Origin: Sarea resinae
Lineage: Eukaryota
Assembly (NCBI GenBank): GCA_026026165.1
Contig: JAPEUD010000002.1
Span: 434,001 to 498,000, forward strand
Direction: 5' to 3'
DNA length: 64,000 nt
The notes beneath the pieces were generated by a model. That model was not told the origin of the DNA. It was given only the letters and a program-made list of their open reading frames with translations, and made no database searches. Both the position numbers and the translations under genes were made by a program. Positions 24,129 to 36,431 of this stretch are shown piece after piece. Position 1 is the first letter of the stretch, and the number at the start of each line of letters is the position of its first letter.

Positions 24129-27100
24129 CTAACCCCCCCTCACCCCGCTTTCCGCAGCCGCCATACCACCACCAGCAACACCACCACCTCGCTCACCAGC
24201 GACCCCGTCGTCCTCTCGACCGCCAAGCCCTCGCACCCACTCGCCGATCTCGAAGCCCAACCTCCTCAGGGTCTTCTCCTCGACGAGCGCAGCGGTGGGC
24301 ATGCCGATGCCAAGGCCCACCCCCGTGCCGGGGCCATCGCCGTCACCACCACTGGCAGGACCGACGACGACGACCCTGACGACGACGGCGGCGGCATCGG
24401 GCCGGACCTCGACGGCGCCGTAGCGCGCGACCTCGTCGGCCGGGGCCTCTTTGACGTACACGGTGATGTCCGGGCCGACGATGCCGCGCCAGAGCGTCGC
24501 CATCCATTGCCAGTGGTCGGCGGCCGAGTAGGCGTCATGGATCGGAAGGGCCAGCGTCGCGGCGTCCGTGGTGGCTAGTATGTAGGTGTTGAGGAGGACG
24601 ATTGGGGTCGGGGTGGGGTGGGGAGCTGGATAGGCGGTGGGTGAAGGGCGATTGGGGGTAGGGGGCTTGCTTGTGGGCTTGGTGGTGGTGGTGGAGGTCG
24701 TTGTCGTCGGTGTTGTGTGGGGAGCGGAGTTGGGGCTTGAGCGGGAAGGTTTTGGGTTCGTTTGCGGTGGCTTTTCGAGCCTCGGCTGGTGCACGACTAT
24801 GGTCTCTGAGGACGGAATGACGGGCGAGGGGCGAGTGCGGTCGCGGTGAACCATTGGCGTGGTACTAGGATTCGTGGTGGCAGCGGCGGTAGTGGCGGTG
24901 TCAGTCGAAATCGACGAGGCAGCGTTTGTGATGAAGTGGACAATTTCACGCGATTTGGCGTGCCATTCGGCCACGAAACGGAGGTATTGCGCGAAGAGCT
25001 CGCCGCCGTTCTTGCCGTCGTCATCGTGTCCGATGGCATTATCAGCGGAAAAGCCGTCGACGACATTCATCGGCTTATCGCTCTTGTTGTTGTCAACTTG
25101 ATCCTTCTTCTCGCTGGCGGTTCCACGCCGCTGCCACTGTCGCTGCTGACGAACGAATGGATTGTGTGGGCCCTGATCCTCAACTCGGACGAGGTGTTCG
25201 TCGCTCTTGCTGAGATATTTCTCTAACCACTTGACGACGGCGTCTCGAAGCACCTCGTCCGGGCCCTCAACGGCGATGACGGCACCACGGATATTGTTGA
25301 AATGACTACTGCTGGGGCTCAAACGATGTGGTCCAGCACTAGCACCAGGGGGCGATGGCGTGGAAGGCAGAAGCCACTGAGAGAGCACTCGCAGTGGCCG
25401 ACTGATGCGGTTGAGGAGCCGGATTTTATTCAGGAAAGGAATATTCCGGACGACGACCTCGACATCGGCGGATCCGTGCTCGATCAGGGTCGAAGAAGTC
25501 GGTGTCTGCAATAGCGCTAATGATGACGGTGGCGGTGGAGGTTGCGGAGGGCCCATGTAAAGCTGCTGGCCGTGTTCTGCGCCATGCCGATGGACCATAT
25601 CTGGGTGCATGAGGGACTCGCGTCTCCGAGGGAAGGTATACGCCGTTGCGGTGGCCGGCGTGTACGGGCCTGGATGCTTATATTTTCGACGTTTGGGGTC
25701 GGGCGAAAGGGGCGTGGGATTGCCATCGTCGCGGAGACGGGTCTGGGGAACGAGGACGCCGGTTAGGCCTCCACTTTTCGGACTGCCCTGTGGCTGTTGC
25801 TGTTGAGGTTGGAACTGCGGACTATACCGCTGCAAATTAAGCCCCAGTGGATAACGCCGCTGCTGGGGCGGTCCGATAATGGGCGTGTTCATTATAAGGG
25901 TCGGCAGATGGCTTATCGTGCTAGTTGGCGCAGAGGATACGGGCTGGGGGTGGAAATTATGCGTGAAGGGTGTCCGAGGCGTGCTTGGAGCTAGAGCTGT
26001 GATGCTGCGGCCGCCACACTTCGCGCACGGCGTTGTCTGCGCTTGGCTGCTACCTGATGAGGTCGGCGAAGAAGCTGAAGGCGGCGAAAGCAACGTGGTA
26101 TTGTTTGCGGTGTTGTTGGAGCTGCCGCTGCGACGAGGTTTGTAGCGGTAGTCGGGATACGATTGTTGATGGCGGACTTTCTCTTCCTATATTGAGATCT
26201 AGATTAGCACCCCTAGTAAAGGACTCGGAGCAAGGCATTGTCCGATATATTTATGCTGAGACAGTGACCATGCTCACCTCTGCCAGATTCTTCCACTGAT
26301 TTTTGATCTCTGGGGGCTCTGCTTGCCAGCGCTGGCCGATCAATTTCGAGATTTCTGGGTTTGAGAGTCCAGGACGATCAGCCACGAACGTGGACTGAAG
26401 ATGCTGACGATAAAGGATGAAGGCTAGAAGGTTAAGAGAAAGATCACCCCGAGGGGATGAGTCAATCAAAGTCAGTCCGAAGAGTTCTCTTTGTCTGTTC
26501 TATTTCATGTCTAGCGTCCTCAATACCGGCCAGCTAAGAAGAGAACAAAGACATTTCGGATGACAGCCAGAAATAACGACTGCCGGTATGAACAAGAGAA
26601 ATGTGTAACATGACCCCTACCCCACACAGCCCTTTCCCCATCCGTACCCTAGTCTGGGCCGGCGCTGTTTGAAAAATGATTGATAAAAGAAGGGAATGAA
26701 AGAAGGGGCGTAGGCATGCTGCAACTTACCATTTCTAGGCCGAGGTATCTTCGGATCCGGTTGGCATAGGCACACTCTTGTGGGAGAGCCGCTCGCTGAT
26801 TGTGCTAAAGGTGCTGGAGATAGCGCTGAGGTGACCAAAGATACAGCTTGAGGATGAGATTCTTGTTGGCGTGGTGGTGATGATTGTGCGGGAGGTGATG
26901 CTGCCGTCCTTGTCACAGAGGGGACCGACGAGTAAGGCGCCATTGAGGACCGCGGAGAAGGTCCAACAGAATCAGAAAATGTGCTCAACGGCACTCTAGG
27001 TCTCTTTGTTGTAGCCTGTGGCTTTGTCCCTTCGAAATTGTCATTTAAAATTTGGATTACTCCCTTCTCCTTTCTAGAGGCCGCTACAGCAGGCGTTTGC

Positions 27101-27237
27101 CGTCGAGCCTCTGTCTCCTCCTGTCGTCTCAAACTCAGCAAGAAATCAGATTGCTCTCTGCTTCGTGAAGAGGCTTCTGTGATATTGGAGATGCCGCCTT
27201 CGAAACCAGAAAAGGTAGACACTCGCGTCGAGGACAT
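24129..27237 (-). CDS. SOX/MATA-type HMG-box transcription factor (Rox1/Rfg1-like box) with a C-terminal alpha/beta domain
   Basis: complement join(26730..27237,26278..26423,24129..26186). HMG box CLCQPDPKIPRPRN|AFILYRQH...NPEISKLIGQRWQ...WKNLAE|EEKVRHQQSYPDYRYKPRR. An in-frame TGA lies five codons upstream of ATG 27237. Confidence 0.9.
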
Positions 27238-28496
27238 GGAGAGATCTATTCAGGAAATTCCTCTTGTTCCAATTGTTTGCGAAGGAATGCTATTGTTGTC
27301 CGCGAAATCGATTGATGCTTTCGTCTGCTTGAGAGATGATCGAGGTCAAGGAAGACGGCCTCCTTTTCAATGAAGGGCGGAAGAAGGAGGCCACTATCGC
27401 CTTCTCTGTTACCGTCAATTCAGATGGGATTGTTAAATCTGGGAGCCGTCCTCTCAAGTTGTTTGCCTCTGTAATCTCTTTTGATGCACGCGCGTCTGCG
27501 TTTGTGTCAAACCCAATTGAAGAGAGATTTCAAATTGAGCGACATTCACGGATGTGTGCAAACGGGGCGAGGCAAAAATCATTCTGAGCGTCGGAGAAGG
27601 CGGGGATAGAGCAGCCACATTTTCTTTGTCTTCTCGTACGCTGCGGGGAGAGACACGCCGCTTCAATTGTTTCTGCCGGATCATTTGTCAGTTGTTTCTT
27701 TGTCTCTTCATCTCAATAGCTCGGGCTCGTTCATCCATTCCGATCGTGGCCGCCTAACATGCAATGAGTACCACTGAGCGATGACATGCATGATCAATAA
27801 TCAAGCCACGGCTCCGATAGCTGAAAAATAAATAAAATTGACGTCCTACGCGTCTAGCACAACAAGGCCTTCTGTTGTGGGAGCTTCCTACCCAGTCGGA
27901 TGGAAAGAGTCTTACTTGACTGTCCTCATCATGTGAAAATATCATGACATCTCGTCTGAATCTCCTCTACTCCATCGCACCCAACCGAGGAGAAGGATAG
28001 CGATGACTGAGACGAAACGAAACCCTTTCCAAAGGGCGAACAAGGAAAGGCATTTGGTCTACTACAATCCAAAGGCTGCAGGAAGGCGTCATGGCGAGGA
28101 CGTAAGGTGACTATCCGAACTTTGGGATCCGCTTGTTTCTTTGTTCTCGGATGTGGCGAATGGCGGGTAGCGGCACAGAAAAGGCCATGCGCAAGGCAAA
28201 CCACAACAAAGGAAACCGAGGGAGAAACGGGAAAGATGGCGCCAGCGAGGACATAGCACACATGTACTTACTCGTGGGGTATCAAATTCATATTCATCTT
28301 TGGATTTTTGTTTCGATGGATTGGATGTGGAAACGGCTTGCTTCACTCGGTGAAATTCGACTTCGCTTGTCGTCAGAAACCGCCCAAATCGAAAGGATCG
28401 TCTTACGAAGATAAACGAAAAATCAAATCATCGGCGTCTTTAAAAGACAAAGTAGACAGTAGACGCCTGGACGCCTGTATATGCAAATGCTAAAGT

Positions 28497-28543
28497 CATG
28501 AACCATAAACCATGAGACATAAACCATGAGCCATGAACCATGA
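28497..28543. repeat. Degenerate 7-mer tandem repeat (CATRARC)n
   Basis: catgaac cataaac catgaga cataaac catgagc catgaac catgaa. Confidence 0.8.
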
Positions 28544-28668
28544 AAGAGCACTAAAGCGGAATTAATGAGAATTTGCGAGTAGAAGGGAAGAAGTCTCCGA
28601 TTAGATTGCGTGATCAGAAGAGAATGTCCTTGAAGCAAGACAATAGTCGCAAGAACAACGAGCGTTCG

Positions 28669-29930
28669 CTACCTTGTAGATTTTTTGTCCGAATGTAGGT
28701 CAAATAGCTTGGAAGCCCCTTTGACAATCTGCTGTGCGAGTAATTTATTGGCCGCTGCGCTCAGATGCATGTCATCCCTAAGGTAATGGCAGGGTTAACA
28801 GACGTCGAACGAAACAAACAAGGCATCACCAACCTGAAGAGATATTTATCGGGCCGCTTGCATTGGATCTGACCGCCCCTGCTCTCGCCTTCTACATGGT
28901 GCTCTTGATCGCCGCCGCCAATGCATGCGACATGCACATCATCCCACATCGGTTTCTTGGTCCCCCAACCATTTATGTCGTGCTGATGTTGGGAGTGCAT
29001 CTGATGCTCCCGAATCTGATCGATCAGCCAACTCTGCGTGTCGAAGATGTATATAGTGCCATTGGCCCATTCTTGAGCTATAGTATCGAGTTGATTATTC
29101 CACTGCACGACAAGATCAACCGCAAGGCGCTGGGAGTCGGCCCTGAGATCTGTACCCCTTGGCGTGGTTCGGGTGCCGTGCCAGCCTGGCAAGAATGTCG
29201 GGTCGATAACATTCGGGATGATCACTTTAAGATGAGTAGGCCACAGGTTCGCCAGCACGTCTAGTTGTCGAGAAAACTCATCCATACTACTTCTGATCGC
29301 AAGGCTGGCAGCACCCTTTGTTCTCCACTCCGAGTAATGCCAGATATCCCATAAACCGAATTGTATGACGAAGACCGTCCCGTTGCGCTCTGCATCCATG
29401 TCGATATCCGCCGGAACCACTCTTCGCTTTTCGAATTCGCTCCACTGCACGATTTGTGCTTTCAAGTCGGCGAGCGGTTCTACGGTGGGAGGGCCGGAAG
29501 GATTCTCCGAATCGTTCAATATCTTGTTGTAGAGAATAGCCCCATTGTATCCGTCTTGCCACGCATAGGGAAAAGAGCGTGCAAAATTATCATGATGGTC
29601 GCATAGAAGCTGAGGATGGCAGGTCAGCGAGTCAATCTTTTCACGAGTACAGATGCAGAGAAGAACACACACCTCGCTGCAAAACAATTCAGTCCAGACC
29701 TGATCCTTAGCGGCATCTCGAGCAGGCATCAAATCTGCAATTGGAGGGTCTATCGGATATTCTCCATTGTCGCTCCATGAGTTGCCAAAGACTACCAGCC
29801 TGGTTGTTGATTGTCCCCATGCTTTCTTTACTCTTTTAGTAACTCGGTTATATGGTAGGATCCAGGACAAGTAAACAGCACTACATATCGCAACCCCCAG
29901 CAGTGCGTAAACTCGAGTGAAGATCCTCAT
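28669..29930 (-). CDS. SGNH/GDSL-type hydrolase with an N-terminal signal anchor
   Basis: complement join(29673..29930,28834..29609,28669..28777). Block I RLVVFGNSWSDNG, DNFA, block III-like QFGLWD, block V YLFRDDMHL. Confidence 0.8.
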
Positions 29931-30933
29931 GCCAGTCAGGCACGGACTCGGTCGCGGGAGCAACAGATGTCTGTTGTCTCGGAGAGCAGCGTCTGATTCC
30001 TGGAGTCGAGAGCTCGAGCGAGCTCGTCTAATTCTTGAATGCGATTCCTTTATCAAAGCTGGTGCATGGATCTGTTTGCAACTGTGACACAAAGAATGCA
30101 ACGACGGACAGTGCGAACAAAGTGGGGCGATTGTTTCCTGGTCAGCACAGCGCTTGTGTTAAAAACAAAGAAGACAGCGTCCGAGCAGCATGCTGAAGAG
30201 AGGCAGATCATGCAACGTCATAAGCATAACGTGATGCGATCAAGGGCGATATTGATGAAGGGCAAGAGAAAGGGTAGAGGAAGAAAAAAGAATGAGGATA
30301 TGGGGAGTGAGTAGTTGACGGTGCACCGCGCAGTGGCAGTGGGTGGACATTAGCGTTGAGATGGGATCTGCATATCTCCAACATCCGATCCGATAGCCGC
30401 ATGCGCGTGGGACAAACGAGCAAGCTAAGAGGGCCGAGGGCGGCGTTGCGTTGCGGGTAGATCAACCTGGTAATTCTCCCGAGCTCGAGCATGCCGAATC
30501 GTTAATCCTGGTAATACGCAAAACACCAAACTAGAACCTGCGGCGCGAGGGATGACGGGAGAGAACACGGTCGGACAGCATACCAAGACGGATTCAAAAA
30601 GCACTCAAGGGACCAAAGGATGAATCACTTGGTCCTATAGGCTACAGCTTTCCCATCGAATTTATTCTCGCATTTGTCATTCATATACCAACAGATTCAG
30701 CTCCGTTCACGATTTGATTCAGTTCACCACCGTGATACCTATGCACCAGAGGAGATTGCTTAATCTACAGAGACAGATGGCATGAAGCATCAACGTGGTT
30801 TAGTAAGGTAGATACTTTGGACGGTTCACCGTCCGAATTGGACAGGCATGATGCTCTTCTTGGCCCTCAGATGCACGCTCTTAAAATGACAAATATACGC
30901 CGAGAACAAACAACATACAGACATGATTCCAAT

Positions 30934-33446
30934 TCATCTCCTCTTTGATGATGCGGCATTAGGTCGTTTAGCCCGAGGCGCTTCATCTTCGCTCTCTTCT
31001 TCATCCATGGAATCGACATCGTCATGATCAACTTCATCTTCCGATATATCATCACCAGTATCCGCATCCGTATCTTCGGCCTCGTCATCTACTAGATCAT
31101 CCTCGCTGTCGCTCTCATCATCGTCAGAATTAGCAGTGACACCGTTGACGGTCATGGGCATGTCATCTCCGTCATCATCGCTCTCGCTGGCCCGACCTTC
31201 CGCAAAGCCAGCTTCTGAACCCGAACCCTCACTTCCTTCATCATCTTGACCCTCGACATAGATGACACCCTCCTCGTCGTCTTTTTCCTCGAGTCTCGCT
31301 GCTCTGCTAGATGCTTGCATTCGCTTCCTCAGTTGCATCTGAGCATCCAGCATATCCAATTTCCCTTTCAGCGAAAGCAAAGGTTGCAAGCCGGTAGACC
31401 GCTCCTTTACCACTCTATTGAGCGAGCCGAGCTTTCGAATGAGATCCGGCTGACTGGCAAGATACCCGCCGTGTGAGACCAAAGTCCACTGAGCCCAGAC
31501 CATGAGAGATGCAGCTCGGCCGGGTCGCTTATGCAGGCGATCGGAGAGCTTTTCTAGTAAGACTCCAGCCAACGAGGAATCTAGACGCTCAATAGTCGAA
31601 CGGATAGTGGCCAGATCCGTTGTATGTAGGCATGTTTCGAGAAGAGCAATGTCGTTTGTTTTCAACGATTGCGTAAGCACTGTGCCGAGAGAGGTGCCAG
31701 AAGGCAATTGCACTGCTCGAGACGCAGTTGATGGGATAGCCGAGCGAGTCTGAGCATAAGGGTCTTCGAATGTCCCTTCCACATCAATGGGTTCGGAGGC
31801 ATTTGCTCTCACCAGATCACCGAATGAAGGCTCTGCGAAATCTTCATCCTTAGACGATAACTGTACATCCTTCATCTCCGCATCCTCGTTCGATCCAGTG
31901 AGCGCATCTTTGGCAGCCTCCTGCGCTTCTTCATCGCCAGAGCTTTCATATTCACTCTCTTCCTCGTCGCTCGAGATTGCGATAATCTCTCTCTCCTGGT
32001 CAGCCATCTCGACATCTCCGGCTCCAATCCCATCAACCACCACCGCGCGAGACTCGTTCACGTTGCTGTTACCCATATCCTTCACACCATTCATGACAGC
32101 GCCAGCTCCAATGCCTGTGCTCTTCCCTCGCACGATCTCTTTGAGACCTTTGAAAACGAGGGCCCCAGTGATATCATCTTGCCATCTTATTCTTTCAAAA
32201 GAAATGTTAACTCCACCATCACTCCATGCCACTATAAGGTCGTTCTTCTGGAACGCGGCGTTTATCACTGGCACCAGAGTAGCTTTGTCGTCGGGCCTGG
32301 TGATCTTTACGGATGCTTCAGACTTTTTCGTCATCTGACGACGCTTGGACTTCATATTTGATGATGATCCTGACGTCCGTAACTCCCGAAAGCTCTGGAA
32401 AGGGTTTGGGAAAATCTCCACCAATCCGTCTCGATTAACAACAGCAAGAGCTTGTCTCTCTTGCCCATCGAGGAGATCGTCCTCTTCCTCTTCATTCCCA
32501 ATGCTGCTTTCAGAATATAGATTCACTGATTGTACCTCACTTTCCGTATTGAGTGACCCTATCAACTTTTGGCCTTCGACGTCAAACAAATTGAGGAATC
32601 GATCAGAGTCAGAAGAGGTCAGAAAAGCGCCAGATATTTTCGATGAAGAAGGGGAAGAAGTAATGATGGCATGTATCGGAGTTGTCGAAGCCTTGAAAGT
32701 AGGCGTAGGTTCACGTCCAATAGTATCCTGGTTAATCACGTAGGCGACGTGAGAAGCACAGATGACCGAAGGTGCTGTGGGGACTGGTCGAGAAAGGGTG
32801 ATTGCAGTATTGGTGCCAATGGTGAGGACTCTATGGCCTGATTAGAGAAAGAAAAAATAAGAGCACACACGAAAACCTACCGGATGGTCGTGCCCTTGCG
32901 AAGGTCCCATTGAGCAAGTTTTCCTTCTCCACCCAAACTCCATCCTTCTGCGGTAGCGGCACGATTCGTAAATTTGAAATCCCTGATACCCTGCGAGTGA
33001 ACACCCTGTAGTTTTCCAACCACCTTTCCTTCGACGGGAGAGAAAAATACTATTTCATTGTTGTTTGTGCCAAAGGCTACAACTATACCGCCAATGGTGG
33101 AACCATCAGCTTCTGAACCGCGCTTCCTCTTTTTTTTTAGGAGCTGATGGTCCCAGTCAGAACCTTTGCCACCATAATAGCCCCAGTCAAGAGAGTTGAT
33201 CGTTGAATTGGGAGCAGATGCATGCTCACACCGCAAACGACCCGTTACGGTGTCATGGATGCGGAGATGCTGTGATTCCAGACCCTGAATGACCGAAGCA
33301 AAGAGCGAAAGCTGATAGATGGATGGAGAGAATGCGGAACGTATAATGGACGATCTGGATGCCGACTGTGCTGCCGCTGCCGTCGCCGGAGCTGCTCCAG
33401 AAGATATGTTGGACGCTACTCCGCCTGAGGTCTTCTTGGTGACCAT
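30934..33446 (-). CDS. utp5: SSU processome t-UTP subunit Utp5 (WDR43-like)
   Basis: complement join(32881..33446,30934..32830). N-terminal WD40 (HLRIHDT...GRL, LAQWDL), Utp12-type domain SLGTVLTQSLKTND...LLSLKGKLDML, acidic tail. Confidence 0.9.
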
Positions 33447-36431
33447 CTTGCCTCAAGTAGCAAGGTAGAAGACACCCGACCTCGAGGGTAGACTTGTGAT
33501 GACCGATTGACCGAGCAATATGCTACCGGCAAGGGTCGCAGACGTCTTCGGACTGTGCCTTGAAAATGTCGCGCGATTTCCCTGAGTGAAGAGCTTCACT
33601 GCAGTCTCGCAAGTGTCGTGACAGTCCGCCTGGTGTGCAGTAAAATGGGAAAAAAGTTCGTGGAAGAGATACGGCGCTAGTGATTCCGGAGTGCGACTAG
33701 TCCAAGAACGCAAGTTGATATCTGATCCTTCTGATCCTTCTGATCCATCAATCTTCGTAGCCGCGTATAGGGTACCTCACATCGGCGGTATCCGGTCCAG
33801 CCAACAGCTATGCCCAAGGTACCATCAGCAGATAAGGTAATAGGTAACGCTGACTTCCATGTGAGGCAAGATGAAGCCGCTAGATTCGATTTGTTGTTAT
33901 GTTAGTCCTCTAGCCATATATCTTTACCCTGCGATTGCGAGAGGACCATTTGTTTTAGGATGTACTAGAATTGCAAGATGTTTTCCCTCATCAACGTTTC
34001 CTCGTGGCGCGAAGGCGTGACAATGCTATCTGGATGATTAATGCCCATCCATGGACTCTCCGCGTTACATGATATGCACCTTGAGTCCTCCCTTCTCCTC
34101 CGTACTCCAGAGTACTCAGATTGATCAGCCCCTGCCCTACTGCAGAAGATCAGAGGCAAGGGTTCCGTCCATACAGTAGTAAAGCATCTCATGTGCTATT
34201 GAGCAGATACAATTCTGAGCAAGGGCGATTGGGCTCTAATGCACTCGAATGGTGTTAGACGGTTGCCTCAGTAGTGCGTCGGCATGACTGATACAGCAGA
34301 GTACCAGCCTTGCCTTCAGTAACCATGAATGCAGCGCACGTGAGGTACTGTGTACTTCTCCGAGCGGGTCGGTACTGCTTACGACTCAGGTACTACGACT
34401 CGAGTGATAATAGGGGCTAGAGTAGGGGCTACGGTCGTCATTTCGGAGATGCAGCATCAAGCCCACCTCCAGGGCTGCACTGGGCACCTAAGGTAGCCTT
34501 GGAGAGCAGGACTGGACAGCGCCGGGCGGTGAAATGCAGATTCGGCTACCCAGCCAATGAGGGGGCGCACAATAGTGCCGTTCTAGGGTGTGAAGTGGAC
34601 CTCTCTCTCTGTTTTCCCACTAGCGCTAGGACAGAGTGAGGTACTACCTACGGTAGGTAGACACCTGCCGCCAATGCGTCTAAGCCGAATGTCGTTAAAA
34701 GGGTGAGATTGTGGCCCGGGTACATTACAAAAGGCAAACAGCAACCCCCGACCGCCCGATGAATTCTCAAACATCGAAAATTCTGTCGGGTGTGTGTGTG
34801 TCGTCGTACGTCGTCAGTACCAGGTACCTGGAGTAGTTCTTGATTCACCACACAATTACCACGCGGTGCTCGGTACTCGCCCTATCTGCCTGGGTACGCA
34901 GTACCTACCCACTGTTGTACTCCAGGCTTCTCGATACCTGGCCAGACTGCCTGGAGGACAGACGGACAGGCAGGCAGACCACAAATCAGAGACACCCTAC
35001 GCCTTTCCATGAGCAATCGACCAACCGGACACCTATTTCACTTCGCGCACTAGTCGCCAACGTCGACCGTCTACTTAAAGTACTTGCCGTCCCTCGGCTC
35101 AAACTTTGACTGACGACGACACTCTTCTCACCTTAATTACCTCCCAAGCCCTCTGACACCCACACAGTACAACCGTACGGCTGCATCCCCGGGTCCTTAG
35201 CTGCGATTCGCTCCAACGCACCGACCACCAGCATCATCATCCTCCTCCTCATCATCATCACACATCATCAAGCGTCCGGATAACATAACGCGCGCTATCC
35301 AGTGACTTTTCTCCGGTATCGTGCGGCTCTTTCTTGACGCGCCCGCCTTTGGTGATTGTTATCGGTCTTCGGTCGCGCGCATCTGTCGAACTCCGATCCG
35401 AGATCTGATCTCATCTGATATCAAATCTGATTACCCTCTTGGCAGAGCATTCTCTCCATTATTCACGTGTGCTGTGTGATAAGTCGCTTTAAATAGTTGA
35501 CTACCTACATCGCATCGTCAGATCACATTGTATTCCGCATTTACCATTCACTCCGTACAGGCAGCCAATTCGGTCAGGTTCGGATCGGCTTGTGTGGAAA
35601 ACGAGCTCGACGCGTCGCATCCCGCTTGAATCCATCACATTCCTTTCTTGGCATCCCAGCTCCTGGACCTAAAGTCCATCTGTTCGCTTCGCCAGACGGA
35701 TCGTCACGAAAGGTTAATCAGAGCCTCCATCGCGTCAATCCGACCAACCTGAATCATCCTGTCCTGTTCCGCCCATCATTGCTGATCGCTGTGGCAATTC
35801 CACAATCCGCAATTCGCACGCAACAGCAAGCAAGACAAATTCATCAATCACTCGCTCGCCTATTCGCCTGCTGATTGGGGCTGCCCTCTCTACTAAGGAC
35901 TGTCGCTGGTTGCCGACAGACTGAACCCACTCTTCTTCTACATCAAACTCACTTCCATTCCCATAGCTCACCTCATTCATCGCGCTCGTCCGTCGCAACC
36001 TCCCAATTCCTCCCGGTAATCACGTCGCTTCGGCACCACCGCCTGGCACGTGATTACTCCTTCCTTTCATAAGCGAGTCCATCCTTCGACGCCTTTCATA
36101 GGACCGATTCCAGATCTCGCGTCTTGATCCTTCTACTCTTCTATTTTCCTCAATCATTGTCTCGCTCTCCCACTCAAGCCACCCCCACACCGCGTCTCAC
36201 TTTCTCAAAACACGTCATAATCGGGTCGCGTCTCGCGCAAAACTTCACTTTTTCGCTCATAACGGATTGCGCGTGTACCAGCCATCGATCGAGTTGGATC
36301 GAATTGGAAAGTCATCCGTCGCAGATCGCGTCGGCTTCCCGTCGCTAGCTACGCCTGGCGCGCGAAGTCGCCTATATCTGTCGCCAACCGGCGCCTTCCA
36401 CATTCTCAAACTCTTCAACGCCTGACTGTCC

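Noticed and set aside
24129..27237. HMG-box gene as a mating-type (MAT1-2-1) locus
   Set aside because: The protein is far too long with an extra C-terminal domain, and the usual flanking genes apn2 and sla2 are absent from the window.
27238..27684. N-terminal extension or extra exon of the HMG gene (76-aa upstream ORF)
   Set aside because: In-frame stops upstream of ATG 27237 and no convincing splice sites; it may be a uORF but I cannot support that.
30819..30834. GGACGG-TTCA-CCGTCC hairpin downstream of utp5
   Set aside because: A 6-bp stem is expected by chance in 64 kb; no other support.
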